Notes: generated by a model not told the origin, from the letters alone. Positions 50,612-59,958 are shown, numbered from the whole stretch's first letter. The stretch: 59,958 bases of DNA, filler included, from an uncultured bacterium (GCA_964449065.1; 7 parts of 7 records of this genome joined end to end with filler, not necessarily neighbours in it), one strand, 5' to 3'. Numbers and translations: made by a program.

Positions 50612-51259
50612 ATGGAGAACCTAAAGATGAGCAAGCATGGATTTACGCTAATTGAATTATTGATCGTAGTCGCCATCATCGGCATACTTGCCGCTATTGC
50701 CGTGCCCAATTTTTTAAACGCACAAATCCGCGCGAAATGGGCACAAACCACCGCCAATATGAAGGCAATTGAAACCGCATTGGAATCGTACCGGTTGGAT
50801 AATAACGCCTATCCCAATGATCATGATTTGGATGCATACGCGGGGGGCCACGAGCACGGCCTCTTCAGTTTAACCTCCCCCGTTGCCTATATGAGCCAAG
50901 TACCGACACAACCCTTTGCCGATAGAAAACTCAACAACGCTCTGGGCGGTATCTTCGGCGGATCCAATGCCTATGCCGGTCAAGGCCGCCCCGATTACGA
51001 AATGGGCAGCGGGTCCGACAACGGCGGCAAAGCCCGCATCCACGCCTGGAGCCTCATGGGTTACGGCCCGGATGGCGATGATGATATTGGTTCCCACGAT
51101 CCCTTCCCTTATGGTGTCCACATCAAACCTTATGACGCCACCAACGGCATTAAATCCAATGGAGATTCCTGGCGCATTGGCGGAGACTTCAACCGCGGCT
51201 GCTTCAGCATCGGCCTGCTCCCCGGCACCATCCAACGCTTTAGCGGCGGCTGCCAGTAA
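50612..51259 (+). CDS. type IV pilin/GspG-like prepilin
   Basis: G|FTLIELLIVVAIIGILAAIAVP cleavage motif; ALESYRLDNNAYP; YDATNGIKSNGD tail. Confidence 0.9.
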   Translation: MENLKMSKHGFTLIELLIVVAIIGILAAIAVPNFLNAQIRAKWAQTTANMKAIETALESYRLDNNAYPNDHDLDAYAGGHEHGLFSLTSPVAYMSQVPTQPFADRKLNNALGGIFGGSNAYAGQGRPDYEMGSGSDNGGKARIHAWSLMGYGPDGDDDIGSHDPFPYGVHIKPYDATNGIKSNGDSWRIGGDFNRGCFSIGLLPGTIQRFSGGCQ

Positions 51260-51322
51260 CCTTATTAATGTAACAAAACTAGTACTTTGTCAATCAAAAA
51301 ATGACAGATGGCTATCCGTTAC

Positions 51323-51405
51323 CCCCCTTGTGAAGGGGGGCTAGGGGGTCGAAGTACGCTTTCAACTACGCAAAATCCCCCGGAGCCTACGGCTCCACCC
51401 CCTTA
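51323..51405. repeat. CCCCCTT/AAGGGGG family repeat
   Basis: Inverted homologue of 51616-51690; related to 1-120. Confidence 0.75.
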
Positions 51406-51814
51406 TGCAACTAATCTTTACCCACAACAATTATCAGTGAGTTGCCCTGTGTTATGTCACAGTGCCCATTTGGGGCTTTTTCGTTATTTATAGCGGTGTT
51501 GCCAACAAGACGTTCNNNNNNNNNNNNNNNNNNNNNNNNNNNNNNNNNNNNNNNNNNNNTTAATTAATTAANNNNNNNNNNNNNNNNNNNNNNNNNNNNN
51601 NNNNNNNNNNNNNNNAGCCGTAGGCTCCGGGGGATTTTGCGTTGTTGAAAGCGTGCTTCGATCCCCCTTATCCCCCTTAATAAGGGGGGATAACAACGAC
51701 AGTCTCTTCGTTGCGTACCATGAGTGAATAAAAAGGAGACATTTTTGGTTCGCTTCCGTCATTTCTTGTATAGGGTATGATTTTGTTATTTCCAAATGAT
51801 TGAGTCATACCCTT

Positions 51815-52822
51815 ATGCGGAACAATACGAGCGATCCTATTTATGATGTCATTATTGCCGGCGCCGGACCGATTGGATTGTGCTGCGCGATCGAAGCGAA
51901 GCGCCGTGATCTTTCATGCTTGGTTATTGAAAAAGGGTGTATCGTTAATTCACTGTACCACTATCCTACCCAGATGCGTTTTTTTTCCACCTCCGTTTTG
52001 CTGGAAATCGGAGGAGTGCCATTTCCTTCCATTCAAGAAAAACCGACCAAAAAAGAAGCGTTGGAATATTACCGCCGTATCGCTGAAACGTTTGATTTGA
52101 ACATAAACCTTTATGAAAAAGTGATTGAGGTAAATGGAGATGATGGCACATTTGAGGTTGTGACATCCAAAGGAAAATACCCAGCGAAACATGTCATTGC
52201 GGCGATTGGGTTTTTTGATTATCCCCGCACGTTGAATGTGCCGGGGGAAGAACTGGATAAGGTGATTCATTATTATGACGATCCTCATGCATACAGCCAT
52301 CAGGATATTCTTATCGTCGGCAGCGGGAATTCAGCGGCGATTGCGGCGCTGGAATGCGTGCGGCATGGGGCGAGAGTCAGCACAGCGGTTCGTGGACCAT
52401 CCTTTCATGACAGTATTAAGTATTGGATTCGTCCTGATCTGGATAACCGCATTGCCGAGGGTGAAATCACGGCCTATTACAATACGCGGGTGAAAGAGAT
52501 TCACCCTGACCAAGTTGTGCTGGAATCGCGAGAGAAGGGCACCTTTGCCATCCCCAATGATTTTGTGTTGGCCTTAACGGGATATGAGCCGGATTTTTCG
52601 TTCTTGCAGACTATCGGTGTAAAGTTGCAGGATGATGCTTATAAGACACCGGTTTATAACACGGAAACGTATGAAACCAACCGCCCCGGCATCTACCTGG
52701 CGGGCGTGGTTGTTGGAGGACTGCTGACCAACAAATGGTTTATCGAAAACAGCCGGGTTCATGCCACGCGGATTTTTGATCACATCACCAGCAAGTTAGA
52801 AAGACAAACCGCCGATGTCTAA
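51815..52822 (+). CDS. ypdA: YpdA-family bacillithiol disulfide reductase-like flavoprotein
   Basis: GAGPIGL, EKG.IVNSLYHYP..M.FFST, EALEYYR, IKYWIRPD..NRI, WFIENSRVH. Confidence 0.88.
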   Translation: MRNNTSDPIYDVIIAGAGPIGLCCAIEAKRRDLSCLVIEKGCIVNSLYHYPTQMRFFSTSVLLEIGGVPFPSIQEKPTKKEALEYYRRIAETFDLNINLYEKVIEVNGDDGTFEVVTSKGKYPAKHVIAAIGFFDYPRTLNVPGEELDKVIHYYDDPHAYSHQDILIVGSGNSAAIAALECVRHGARVSTAVRGPSFHDSIKYWIRPDLDNRIAEGEITAYYNTRVKEIHPDQVVLESREKGTFAIPNDFVLALTGYEPDFSFLQTIGVKLQDDAYKTPVYNTETYETNRPGIYLAGVVVGGLLTNKWFIENSRVHATRIFDHITSKLERQTADV

Positions 52823-53210
52823 ACAATGGGTACAATCCGGCACACCGTGGGAAAGCCAAGTCGGCTACAGCCGCGCGGTAAAAGCAGGCAATCATATTTA
52901 TGTTTCGGGAACCATTGCCTCCGACTTGGAAGGCAGCATCCAGTATCCGGATGATCCGTACCAGCAAACGAAGTATATCTTTAATAAGATTGAAACCGCT
53001 TTGAATGAACTGGATGCATCTTTGTTGGATGTAGTCCGAACCCGTATGTTTGTAACCAACATCGATCACCTACCTGAAATTGGCAGAGCGCATCAAGAAG
53101 CGGTCGGCCAGGCTGCCCCCGCGGCTACAATGGTTGAAGTGCGGCGTTTTGCACATCCCAACGCGCTGGTAGAGATTGAAGTGGACGCGTTTCTAAAAAT
53201 CGGGAAATAA
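52815..53210 (+). CDS. RidA/YjgF family protein
   Basis: WESQVGYSRAV, VSGT, DVVRTRMFV, PAATMVEV, LVEIEVDA. Confidence 0.93.
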   Translation: MSKQWVQSGTPWESQVGYSRAVKAGNHIYVSGTIASDLEGSIQYPDDPYQQTKYIFNKIETALNELDASLLDVVRTRMFVTNIDHLPEIGRAHQEAVGQAAPAATMVEVRRFAHPNALVEIEVDAFLKIGK

Positions 53211-53365
53211 AAAAAAATATAATGCCGAAATGCCTTTAAAAGATTATACCCATTCGTTCATCAAGGCTGACATGATGGGTGATAATACGGATTCAAATAA
53301 ATTCTGTGTGATTCCTCCATAAAAGGGGAGCATCGGCTTCCAGCCGGTACCGCACACCGCATATT

Positions 53366-53634
53366 ATACCATTTTCAAATAGAAAAGTTCACAATGAATG
53401 ACGGAACGGAAAATAGTATTCAGAATAGTGCAGGCATCTTGCCTGCAAAAGCCTTTGTCTCCCCCAAAGCATTTGGGGGAGATGTCCGACGCAAGGAGGA
53501 CAGAGGGGGTGCGAAGAGAACCATAAACCATAAAGATTCAACCGGTTTAAAAGAAGTATTTTTCTTGGCAATCAAACCAAGCAATCTGTTAAACCGTTTT
53601 GATTTTAGTGAACAATCCAAATTGGAAATGGTAT
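53366..53634. mobile_element. 269-bp MITE-like element with 27-bp ATACCA terminal inverted repeats
   Basis: ATACCATTTTCAAATAGAAAAGTTCAC vs ATACCATTTCCAATTTGGATTGTTCAC (21/27); TATT on both flanks. Confidence 0.75.
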
Positions 53635-53667
53635 TATTTCATTGAAGCGGTATATGCTTGCCAGAGG

Positions 53668-53800
53668 CAATGCCGTAACGTTCAGCTTAAGTCCCACGGT
53701 TAAAACCCTGGGCTAGTACAACTGTCCCTTTAGGGACAGGTTAGAATAGCCCAGCCTTTCAAGGCTGGGTGAGAGAGCATTCCTTAACTCAATGACATTC
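53668..53800. mobile_element. IS4-like-ended miniature element with palindromic cargo
   Basis: Right end reads GAATGTCATTGAGTTAAG on the minus strand; degenerate left end CAATGCCGTAACGTTCAG; three internal hairpins. Confidence 0.5.
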
Positions 53801-53887
53801 AAGGTTGGATAGACAGAGAATTGGTATTGCACTTGCCGTAGGGGCACATTGCAATGTGCCCCTACAAAACCTCTACGCAAACCTGCA
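53798..53887. repeat. 90-bp element with 28-bp perfect palindrome
   Basis: GTAGGGGCACATTGCAATGTGCCCCTAC inside TTCAAGGTTGGATAGA / TCTACGCAAACCTG ends; second copy at 57734-57823. Confidence 0.8.
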
Positions 53888-53977
53888 TTGCTTTAATTAT
53901 CGGCAACAAAACGGGGATAGAAAATTCTATCCCCGTTCTCAGCGTGTAAACAACAAGTAAAACTATGGAGCTCGTAT

Positions 53978-55438
53978 TTAGTCTCCGCGGCTGAAGGCGA
54001 AGTCCACTACGTTTGCGCCCGCCATCGTAACCCGTTTGAATTCCGCAACGCTGTCGATGCGTTTCAGCCAGTTCCAAATGTATTTCGGGCGGAAGTAAAA
54101 CTCGCGGTAAATCCGGCGGATATCTTTTGATAATTCTTCGTTCGACAATTCTGTAAAGAACTGGTTGAAGAAGGAATCGTGGTGCAAGCGGCTGATATCC
54201 ATTTGGCTGCCGTCGCCGATTTCGGGATGAACTTCGGCCACTTCATCAAACAATGGTGTTCCCGGATAGGGAGTTGTGATCCCGAAGGTGATAATCGTCG
54301 GATCAATATCCTTCACAAACTCAATGGTTTGGTTAATGGTTTCGCGGGTTTCGCCGGGTGCGCCGACCATGCAGTGCGCGTGGGTATCGACACCGGCTTC
54401 ATGACACCATTGGAAGCAGCGCCGGGTTTCTTCAACCGTGATGTCTTTGCGGACATTGTCCAGAATTTGCTGGGAACCGGATTCCACGCCAAAGCGCAGC
54501 ATGTGGCAGCCGGCGTCTTTCATGGTTTTCAGCATTTCCAGATCGACGTTATTGACGCGGGAACTGGCAATCCAGGTTAAGTCGAGGTTGCGTTCTTTAA
54601 TGCCTTTGCAGATTTCCAGCACGCGCTTTTTGGAAGCGGTGAACAGCTCATCACGGAAGAAGATTTCTTTGTAGCCGAGTTCCTGGCAGATTTCCATTTC
54701 GTCCACCACTTTTTCCGCGCTGCGGAACCGTACTTTTTCACCGTAAAAGAACGGGGATGTGCAGTAGGTGCATTTGGCTGTACAGCCGCGGGTGGTGAAC
54801 ATGGTGGTGAAGGGCATGCGTTTAACGATTGGGTTAAAGTAATCGATGTTTTGCGGCAGCAATCGGCGGTCGACAATCGGCAATTCATCCAAGTTTTTGA
54901 TCAATGGCGCAGGCGGATTGATGACAATGTCGTTGTCTTCGTTTTTGTAGCCGATTCCCAATACTTCTTTGTAGGCATCGCCGCCTTTGTCCAAGGCCTC
55001 ACACAAATTGCTGATGATCAATTCCTGCTCGCGCTGCACGATGAAATCGATACCGGGGCGCGCGAGAGTGGCTTGCGGCATGAATGTGGGCTGTGAACCG
55101 GCCACAACGGTTTTTAAACCGGGCAAGGTATCTTTCAATTGCCGCATGATTTCCGCGTCTTCAAGCACGGTCATGGTTGATGTCAGCATAATACAGACAT
55201 CGTATTGTTCTTTGCGGAAGATTTCTTTGACTTCTTCTATAGTCAGTTGCAAACCGGCGCCGTCTAAAAGATGGGCATCGTGCCCCTTTTCTTTTAAGAC
55301 TGTCGTGACCAGCAGGTTGGATACGGGCGGAAATTGAATTCCACCGATACGTTTGCCTTTGCACCAACACCCATACACCAAATCACGGGCAACGTTTTTG
55401 GAATGTTTGCTGGGTGGAATCAAGTTAACTGTTTTCAT
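53978..55438 (-). CDS. B12-binding radical SAM enzyme
   Basis: N-terminal cobalamin-binding-like domain; TRGCTAKCTYC; FGVESGSQ; TPYPGTPL. Confidence 0.92.
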   Translation of the reverse strand: MKTVNLIPPSKHSKNVARDLVYGCWCKGKRIGGIQFPPVSNLLVTTVLKEKGHDAHLLDGAGLQLTIEEVKEIFRKEQYDVCIMLTSTMTVLEDAEIMRQLKDTLPGLKTVVAGSQPTFMPQATLARPGIDFIVQREQELIISNLCEALDKGGDAYKEVLGIGYKNEDNDIVINPPAPLIKNLDELPIVDRRLLPQNIDYFNPIVKRMPFTTMFTTRGCTAKCTYCTSPFFYGEKVRFRSAEKVVDEMEICQELGYKEIFFRDELFTASKKRVLEICKGIKERNLDLTWIASSRVNNVDLEMLKTMKDAGCHMLRFGVESGSQQILDNVRKDITVEETRRCFQWCHEAGVDTHAHCMVGAPGETRETINQTIEFVKDIDPTIITFGITTPYPGTPLFDEVAEVHPEIGDGSQMDISRLHHDSFFNQFFTELSNEELSKDIRRIYREFYFRPKYIWNWLKRIDSVAEFKRVTMAGANVVDFAFSRGD

Positions 55439-55713
55439 GTGTCTTTGCCGCTCCTTTGTTTAATCCTAATTCAATTTTAAAGTTGATAAATATCATCAAG
55501 TTTAAATGTTGAGGAAACAATAACCAGTTTTTATTTCTTTGTCAATACAAATTGGAACTTTTTTCTCACTGAGTGGTCTTTTTGTGCCACACAGCAGATA
55601 GTTACTGTAAGTTATTGGCTTAGGATAGGATATATTGAATAAAATTCAAGAAATAATTTGTAATTTTTTGAGGTTGGAACGAAAGGTACATGTTCATCTT
55701 GAATTATGTCGAA

Positions 55714-56610
55714 TCATTCTTCGCCGCTTCTGCTTTGTGCGACAATCAAATCGGCTAGCAAACCAAAGCTTCCGATGAGAATACTACCAAGGATTAAAAT
55801 AATATCACCTTCTTGAATGTAATCGCCTTTGATCACAACATTGTTAAACGCTAACACCAAACCCACAAAAAACAAGAGTGTGGATAATGGTAAAAATACA
55901 CGTAACGGATTGAAATACATAATCATACGGATAACCGTTGATAGATATTTGCTGGTATCTTTGATGGGATGGAATTTAGACTCACCGATGCGTTTGTGGT
56001 AGGCGCTGGGAATCCAAGTGACTGTATATCCGTTACATAGGAATGCCAATGTCATTGTGGTGACGCAGGAAAAGCCTTCCGGCATGACCCACAAATATTT
56101 CATCATAATATCGCGTTTGAATGCTTTTAGGCCTGTGTTTAAATCGGGGATGTAAGTACCAGATAGGTAAATGGCCAAGCGTCGAATGAACCATTTAGCG
56201 GGAATGCGCAGCATCTTCATGGTGCCTTCTTCTGAAGTGCGGGCTCCATTGACTTGATCCCATTCTGGAAACATCTCCAATAGACGGGGGATATCCGCCG
56301 CGGTATAGGTTCCGTCCGCATCCAGCATGACTACGATTTCGCCGCGGGCGTTGCGGGTGCCGGTTTTGCGGGAAGCGCCGGAGCCGCGATTGACGGGATG
56401 TTGAATAACTTGGACGCCTTTTTGGGCTGCGAATTCGGCGGTTTTATCCGATGAACAGTCATCGACCACAATAATTTCATAGGCGTAGGAGGTGGGTTCC
56501 ATGGCTTTGCGAATGTCATCGATGACGATTGAGATAGCTTCTTCTTCATTGTAGCTGGGTAAAACGATAGATGCGTAAACGGCTTGGTCTTTGTCGTACA
56601 ATTCAGGCAT
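55714..56610 (-). CDS. GT2 glycosyltransferase (DPM-synthase-like) with two C-terminal TMs
   Basis: LPSYNEE, VVDDCSSD, HPVNRGSG, LDADGTY, DLNTGLKAF; start could be 56622. Confidence 0.92.
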   Translation of the reverse strand: MPELYDKDQAVYASIVLPSYNEEEAISIVIDDIRKAMEPTSYAYEIIVVDDCSSDKTAEFAAQKGVQVIQHPVNRGSGASRKTGTRNARGEIVVMLDADGTYTAADIPRLLEMFPEWDQVNGARTSEEGTMKMLRIPAKWFIRRLAIYLSGTYIPDLNTGLKAFKRDIMMKYLWVMPEGFSCVTTMTLAFLCNGYTVTWIPSAYHKRIGESKFHPIKDTSKYLSTVIRMIMYFNPLRVFLPLSTLLFFVGLVLAFNNVVIKGDYIQEGDIILILGSILIGSFGLLADLIVAQSRSGEE

Positions 56611-56621
56611 TATCAAATCCA

Positions 56622-57338
56622 TTACATTTCGGTGTCTTGGTCGAAGGCATTATAGGTTAAATTACGATTCAATCTATTCTTACGGTACTCATAAAGTATG
56701 CGCCAATTTCGCAAAGTGGTTTTTACGATTCCCTTCTTCCAATGCCGGGCGGGGATCAAAACCGGTTCATTCAAATAACGGAATCGTTTTTCATTTTGAA
56801 ACCGGTAGCACAGCTCCAGATCTTCCAACCAGGGTTGTTGGGGAAACCCGACGCGTTTCAAACTTTCCAACCGAAAAAACTGGACTTGATCGCCGAAAGG
56901 AATCCGCAAAAAACGGGCTCGAAAGTAATTGCCCCACTCCAATAAACGGTATCCCAAGCCGTTGTTTTGAATTCGGCTGCCGAAACAACCCCATTGTATA
57001 CCGGGTTGATTTTCAATGGCGCTGAGAAAGGAATCTCTTGCATGATGAGAAAAAAGCATATCCGCGTGAGCAATGATAAGGAATTCACAAGTTGGATGAT
57101 GTGTGTAAATGTATTCGATGCCCTGAGCAATAACCAAACCGCGTTGTGAATGGTTGGAATGGAGAACAGTAATGTCATAAGATTCCGCAATCTTTGTCGT
57201 ATCATCTTCACTTTGTGCGTCAACAACTATAATGAGATCATTCTGTTCCTGAAACGGCTTTAAACTATTCAAACATGCAGCGATCAAATGTTGTTCATTT
57301 CGTGCCGGAATTACAATGCCGATTTTTCTCATTGCCAC
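56622..57338 (-). CDS. GT2 glycosyltransferase (TIGR04283-like)
   Basis: IPARNE, VVDAQSEDDT, HAD, PFGDQ..F, GFP....LED, ARHW. Confidence 0.85.
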   Translation of the reverse strand: MAMRKIGIVIPARNEQHLIAACLNSLKPFQEQNDLIIVVDAQSEDDTTKIAESYDITVLHSNHSQRGLVIAQGIEYIYTHHPTCEFLIIAHADMLFSHHARDSFLSAIENQPGIQWGCFGSRIQNNGLGYRLLEWGNYFRARFLRIPFGDQVQFFRLESLKRVGFPQQPWLEDLELCYRFQNEKRFRYLNEPVLIPARHWKKGIVKTTLRNWRILYEYRKNRLNRNLTYNAFDQDTEM

Positions 57339-57417
57339 ACCGATTCATCCTATTGCTTCGCTGAAATCATTAATGCAATCATACTTTAAGCCGAAAATTC
57401 CATTAGTTCTTTGTCTT

Positions 57418-57590
57418 ATACCAAAAGAAATATGGAATGTCCGCTTTTGGTATGACTGGTGGGCTACCGGACACAAGCCTTTCGGTAGGATTCAGGCTTG
57501 CACCCGCTTTGACATAAAGCGTAATCAAGGTTGTAAGAGTGTTGAGCCCACCCTACCAATATAACGGACATTTTTTATTTCAAATGCTAT
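57418..57590. mobile_element. 173-bp ATACCA-type miniature element with GGTGGG..CCCACCCTAC cargo
   Basis: Ends ATACCAAAAGAAATATGGAATGTCCG vs ATAGCATTTGAAATAAAAAATGTCCG (19/26). Confidence 0.55.
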
Positions 57591-57703
57591 TAGCATTTGT
57601 GATTGTAATTTGTTTGTAACAGGTCAGCGATATGAAGTGCATATTCAAAATATCGAATCGATTTTCTCATTCCTCCCCCAATGCAATGGGGGAGGCTAGG
57701 TGG

Positions 57704-57854
57704 GAATGTCATTGACTTAAGGAATTAGAGCAATTCAAGGTTGGATAAACAGGAAATGGGTATTGCACTTGCCGTAGGGGCACATTGCAATGTGCCCCTA
57801 CACAACGTCTACGCAAACCTGAAATGATCTAAGAGTGCTAAGTCAATGGCATTG
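57704..57854. mobile_element. 151-bp IS4-like MITE with 10-bp target duplication
   Basis: Ends GAATGTCATTGACTTAAG / CAATGCCATTGACTTAGC (14/18); GGCTAGGTGG duplicated at 57694-57703 and 57855-57864. Confidence 0.75.
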
Positions 57855-58089
57855 GGCTAGGTGGGGGTTAAACGCTCAGTGCTTCAAACCCTCCCCTAAC
57901 CCCTCCCACCTTTGGGAGGGGAAATTTCTCTTCAAGCGGCTGACCTATTACATTTGTTTCAATGCAAACCATAGAAATAAAAACCGTCATTATAGAAGTA
58001 CAATTTCGGGTTCTGGAAATGATATTTCTTAATCATTTAAAAAGAACGTGATACAATGGATGTGACGCGCATGTTTTAAAGGATTCAAA

Positions 58090-59085
58090 ATGGATACGCG
58101 AACCAGAGCACCCAGAGCAAACCGGTCAGAATTTCAGATGATTGTCGAGTTTATTGGAATCCGAACGATTGTAATCTTCGGATTTATTGGTGCGTTATAC
58201 TTTGTTTCCGCCTACCACAATTTTTTTAATGACAACCGTCCGTTGTTGGAATCATTCAATCCCTATTATGCCTTTCGCCTTCATGACGGCACCCGAATAA
58301 TGGGCAATTTCTGGGATAGTGTTTGGGACTGGATTGGGGGTATGTTTCAAAGTGTGTTGGATTTTTTTAACGCGCAATGGCAACGTGTGGTGTCCTATAT
58401 GGATTCCAATATCCGGCCGTTTTTGGATGAAAACCCAAATCTGGCTATCGCTTTGTTTTTGGGATTGGGATTTATCGTATTTGTTATCATGTTTTTAACG
58501 GTATTGTACGGTTTCAAAATTGTATATTCGTTCTTTCCGAAATCCGCGGCGTACAGCCAGGGAAGTGTCGATGCCGTCCTGGATGATTTGTGGGTGTATG
58601 ATCCCTCCAAAAAGACATCGGAAGAACAACTGAAGAAAAAGGTCAAAGCATTGGAGCGTGTGGTGCAGCAAGCCCCTGCCATGAGCGGTCAAGTTCCCAA
58701 AGATGCCGATATTTCACTGCGTACCATGGCTTCGCGCAACAAAGATTCGGAATACAACCACCGTTTTGCCGCTTATGTGATGGGGCCGATTAAAGGCACG
58801 AAATTTGACAATGGCCATGAACTGCCTTTGGCCTTGGATCAAGTGAAGCGGATTACCACAATGATGGGAAAAACGGCGGATTATGAGACCTTGCCGATTG
58901 ACTTTGTGATGGTTCGTGCCAAAAAAGGAAAAACGGACTGGGAAGTGGTTCCAAATTTTCAACCGATCAAGTGCGGCAGTTCCTTTCCGGTTAAAACCAT
59001 TGAACAAATTATGAACAAATACCGAAATTACTTTATTTGGGATTCCCGGGTAAAAAAATCCAATGTAGGATATGGTCAACATTAG
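58090..59085 (+). CDS. hypothetical membrane protein (2 TM)
   Basis: 331-aa ORF with AAGGA SD and two hydrophobic segments; no family recognised. Confidence 0.75.
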   Translation: MDTRTRAPRANRSEFQMIVEFIGIRTIVIFGFIGALYFVSAYHNFFNDNRPLLESFNPYYAFRLHDGTRIMGNFWDSVWDWIGGMFQSVLDFFNAQWQRVVSYMDSNIRPFLDENPNLAIALFLGLGFIVFVIMFLTVLYGFKIVYSFFPKSAAYSQGSVDAVLDDLWVYDPSKKTSEEQLKKKVKALERVVQQAPAMSGQVPKDADISLRTMASRNKDSEYNHRFAAYVMGPIKGTKFDNGHELPLALDQVKRITTMMGKTADYETLPIDFVMVRAKKGKTDWEVVPNFQPIKCGSSFPVKTIEQIMNKYRNYFIWDSRVKKSNVGYGQH

Positions 59086-59088
59086 CGG

Positions 59089-59457
59089 CTAGGATAAATC
59101 ATCCAATACAGAGACATCCAATAGATCCCTCAATTTAACCACCGCTTCATGCAGGGTATCAAAATCCGATTTGATCGATTGATGAATTTCCACCAAGCCC
59201 AATTGGATATGAGCTGCCGCTTCGACAACGTTGTCGATGGCGGGGTGATCGGGGTTTTCCTTTTTCAACATTTCGATGGTTTCTTCCAGCCGTTCTAAAA
59301 TCAACTTATTGGTTTGATACATGCTGGCGAGTGAACACAGCGAATGCTTAAAGGTAAACATCGGCATTTCTTCATTTTCGATCAATTCGGATATTCGTTG
59401 AATATCGTCAAGCATGGTGTGGATTACCTTATCGCGCAGAAATCGTTTTTTGGTCAT
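59089..59457 (-). CDS. hypothetical helical protein
   Basis: 122-aa amphipathic ORF with an AAGGGG SD. Confidence 0.65.
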   Translation of the reverse strand: MTKKRFLRDKVIHTMLDDIQRISELIENEEMPMFTFKHSLCSLASMYQTNKLILERLEETIEMLKKENPDHPAIDNVVEAAAHIQLGLVEIHQSIKSDFDTLHEAVVKLRDLLDVSVLDDLS

Positions 59458-59687
59458 TGGTCGTTACCCCTTCTGAGATTCAATCATCCGTTTTTTTTTA
59501 AGATGATCGGCCGCGTTTTTCTTCAATTTCTGCCAATTCTAAATTGCTTTCTTCACCCTCATCTCTTATCGTATTCCAACGGAAGAAAACATTAGTCCTT
59601 GCGAAGGACTTAGAAAATTCGTTTATGACAAAATCTTGTTTTCACAGCCGTCCATCGTTATTTGCGTAACAGCAGTTATTCGAGCGT

Positions 59688-59766
59688 TTCAGAGTTGAAT
59701 AGCCGGGTAGCACCGGCTTCCAGCCGGTACATGTATGTACACTTTGTACCTCTATGCAAACCTGAA
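59688..59766. repeat. TTCAG..CCTGAA shell carrying a GTAGCACCGGCTTCCAGCCGGT REP
   Basis: Right end TCTATGCAAACCTGAA as in the 90-bp elements; REP family also near 7587, 13262, 17187 and 53327. Confidence 0.6.
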
Positions 59767-59958
59767 TTTCTCTAATTTCTTGTTGAACAGGATTCATTTC
59801 ATGCTTTCAGTTTCTACTTTCACCTTATTCTTGAATTCGATATGACAAAAGTAATTTATGCTTGATCAAGTTCGTTATTTATGATCGAGTGAAATCAACT
59901 GGGCTTCATACCATAATGCCGAATCGGTGCTTGTATCTATAGATTGTTTAGATTCCAC

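Noticed and set aside
8771..51615. Regularly spaced TTAATTAATTAA motifs in N runs about every 8.5 kb
   Set aside because: Artificial contig linkers; segment lengths fall monotonically (8770, 8540, 8527, 8437, 8380, 8361, 8343), so the periodicity and cross-spacer neighbourhoods are not biological.
51323..51690. Large inverted repeat spanning 51323-51690
   Set aside because: The two arms lie on different contigs either side of a linker; they are copies of a dispersed repeat.
56622..57338. Arsenosugar biosynthesis cluster
   Set aside because: The TIGR04283-like GT lacks arsS/arsM neighbours, and the nearby radical SAM is a B12-binding type.

Overview
This window is not one locus. It is seven whole assembly contigs (1-8770, 8871-17410, 17511-26037, 26138-34574, 34675-43054, 43155-51515, 51616-59958) joined by artificial 100-bp N-TTAATTAATTAA-N spacers in order of decreasing length, so gene neighbourhood means nothing across spacers. 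The DNA is bacterial, probably from a MAG of a poorly characterised lineage; the pilin-like protein style suggests a Sumerlaeota/Hinthialibacter-like organism (inference only). Housekeeping genes include pcm, rsmE, priA, rpsB-tsf-pyrH-frr, rpsF-ssb-rpsR-rpsT-ispD-ispE, add, sat and ypdA. Other content: an ECF sigma/anti-sigma pair, PAS signalling genes, and glycosyltransferases with a B12 radical SAM enzyme. Two accessory patches hold four apparently complete (one disrupted by an assembly artefact) and two decayed type II toxin-antitoxin modules. The best leads are: (1) an AT-rich stand-alone class III nucleotide-cyclase-like gene inside a TA-rich, REP-bounded islet; (2) a tandem pair of giant secreted TPR/DUF3857/transglutaminase-like proteins, one with an intact Cys-His-Asp triad and one catalytically dead; (3) a coiled-coil/FapA/TPR operon ending in a REC-PAS protein with a His-less HisKA stub; (4) nested MITE-like shells with IS4-like or ATACCA ends carrying interchangeable REP palindromes; (5) long disordered extensions on ribosomal proteins S2, S6 and S18. 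No CRISPR array, rRNA, tRNA or intact transposase was seen. All family calls come from motif recognition by eye; no database search was run.
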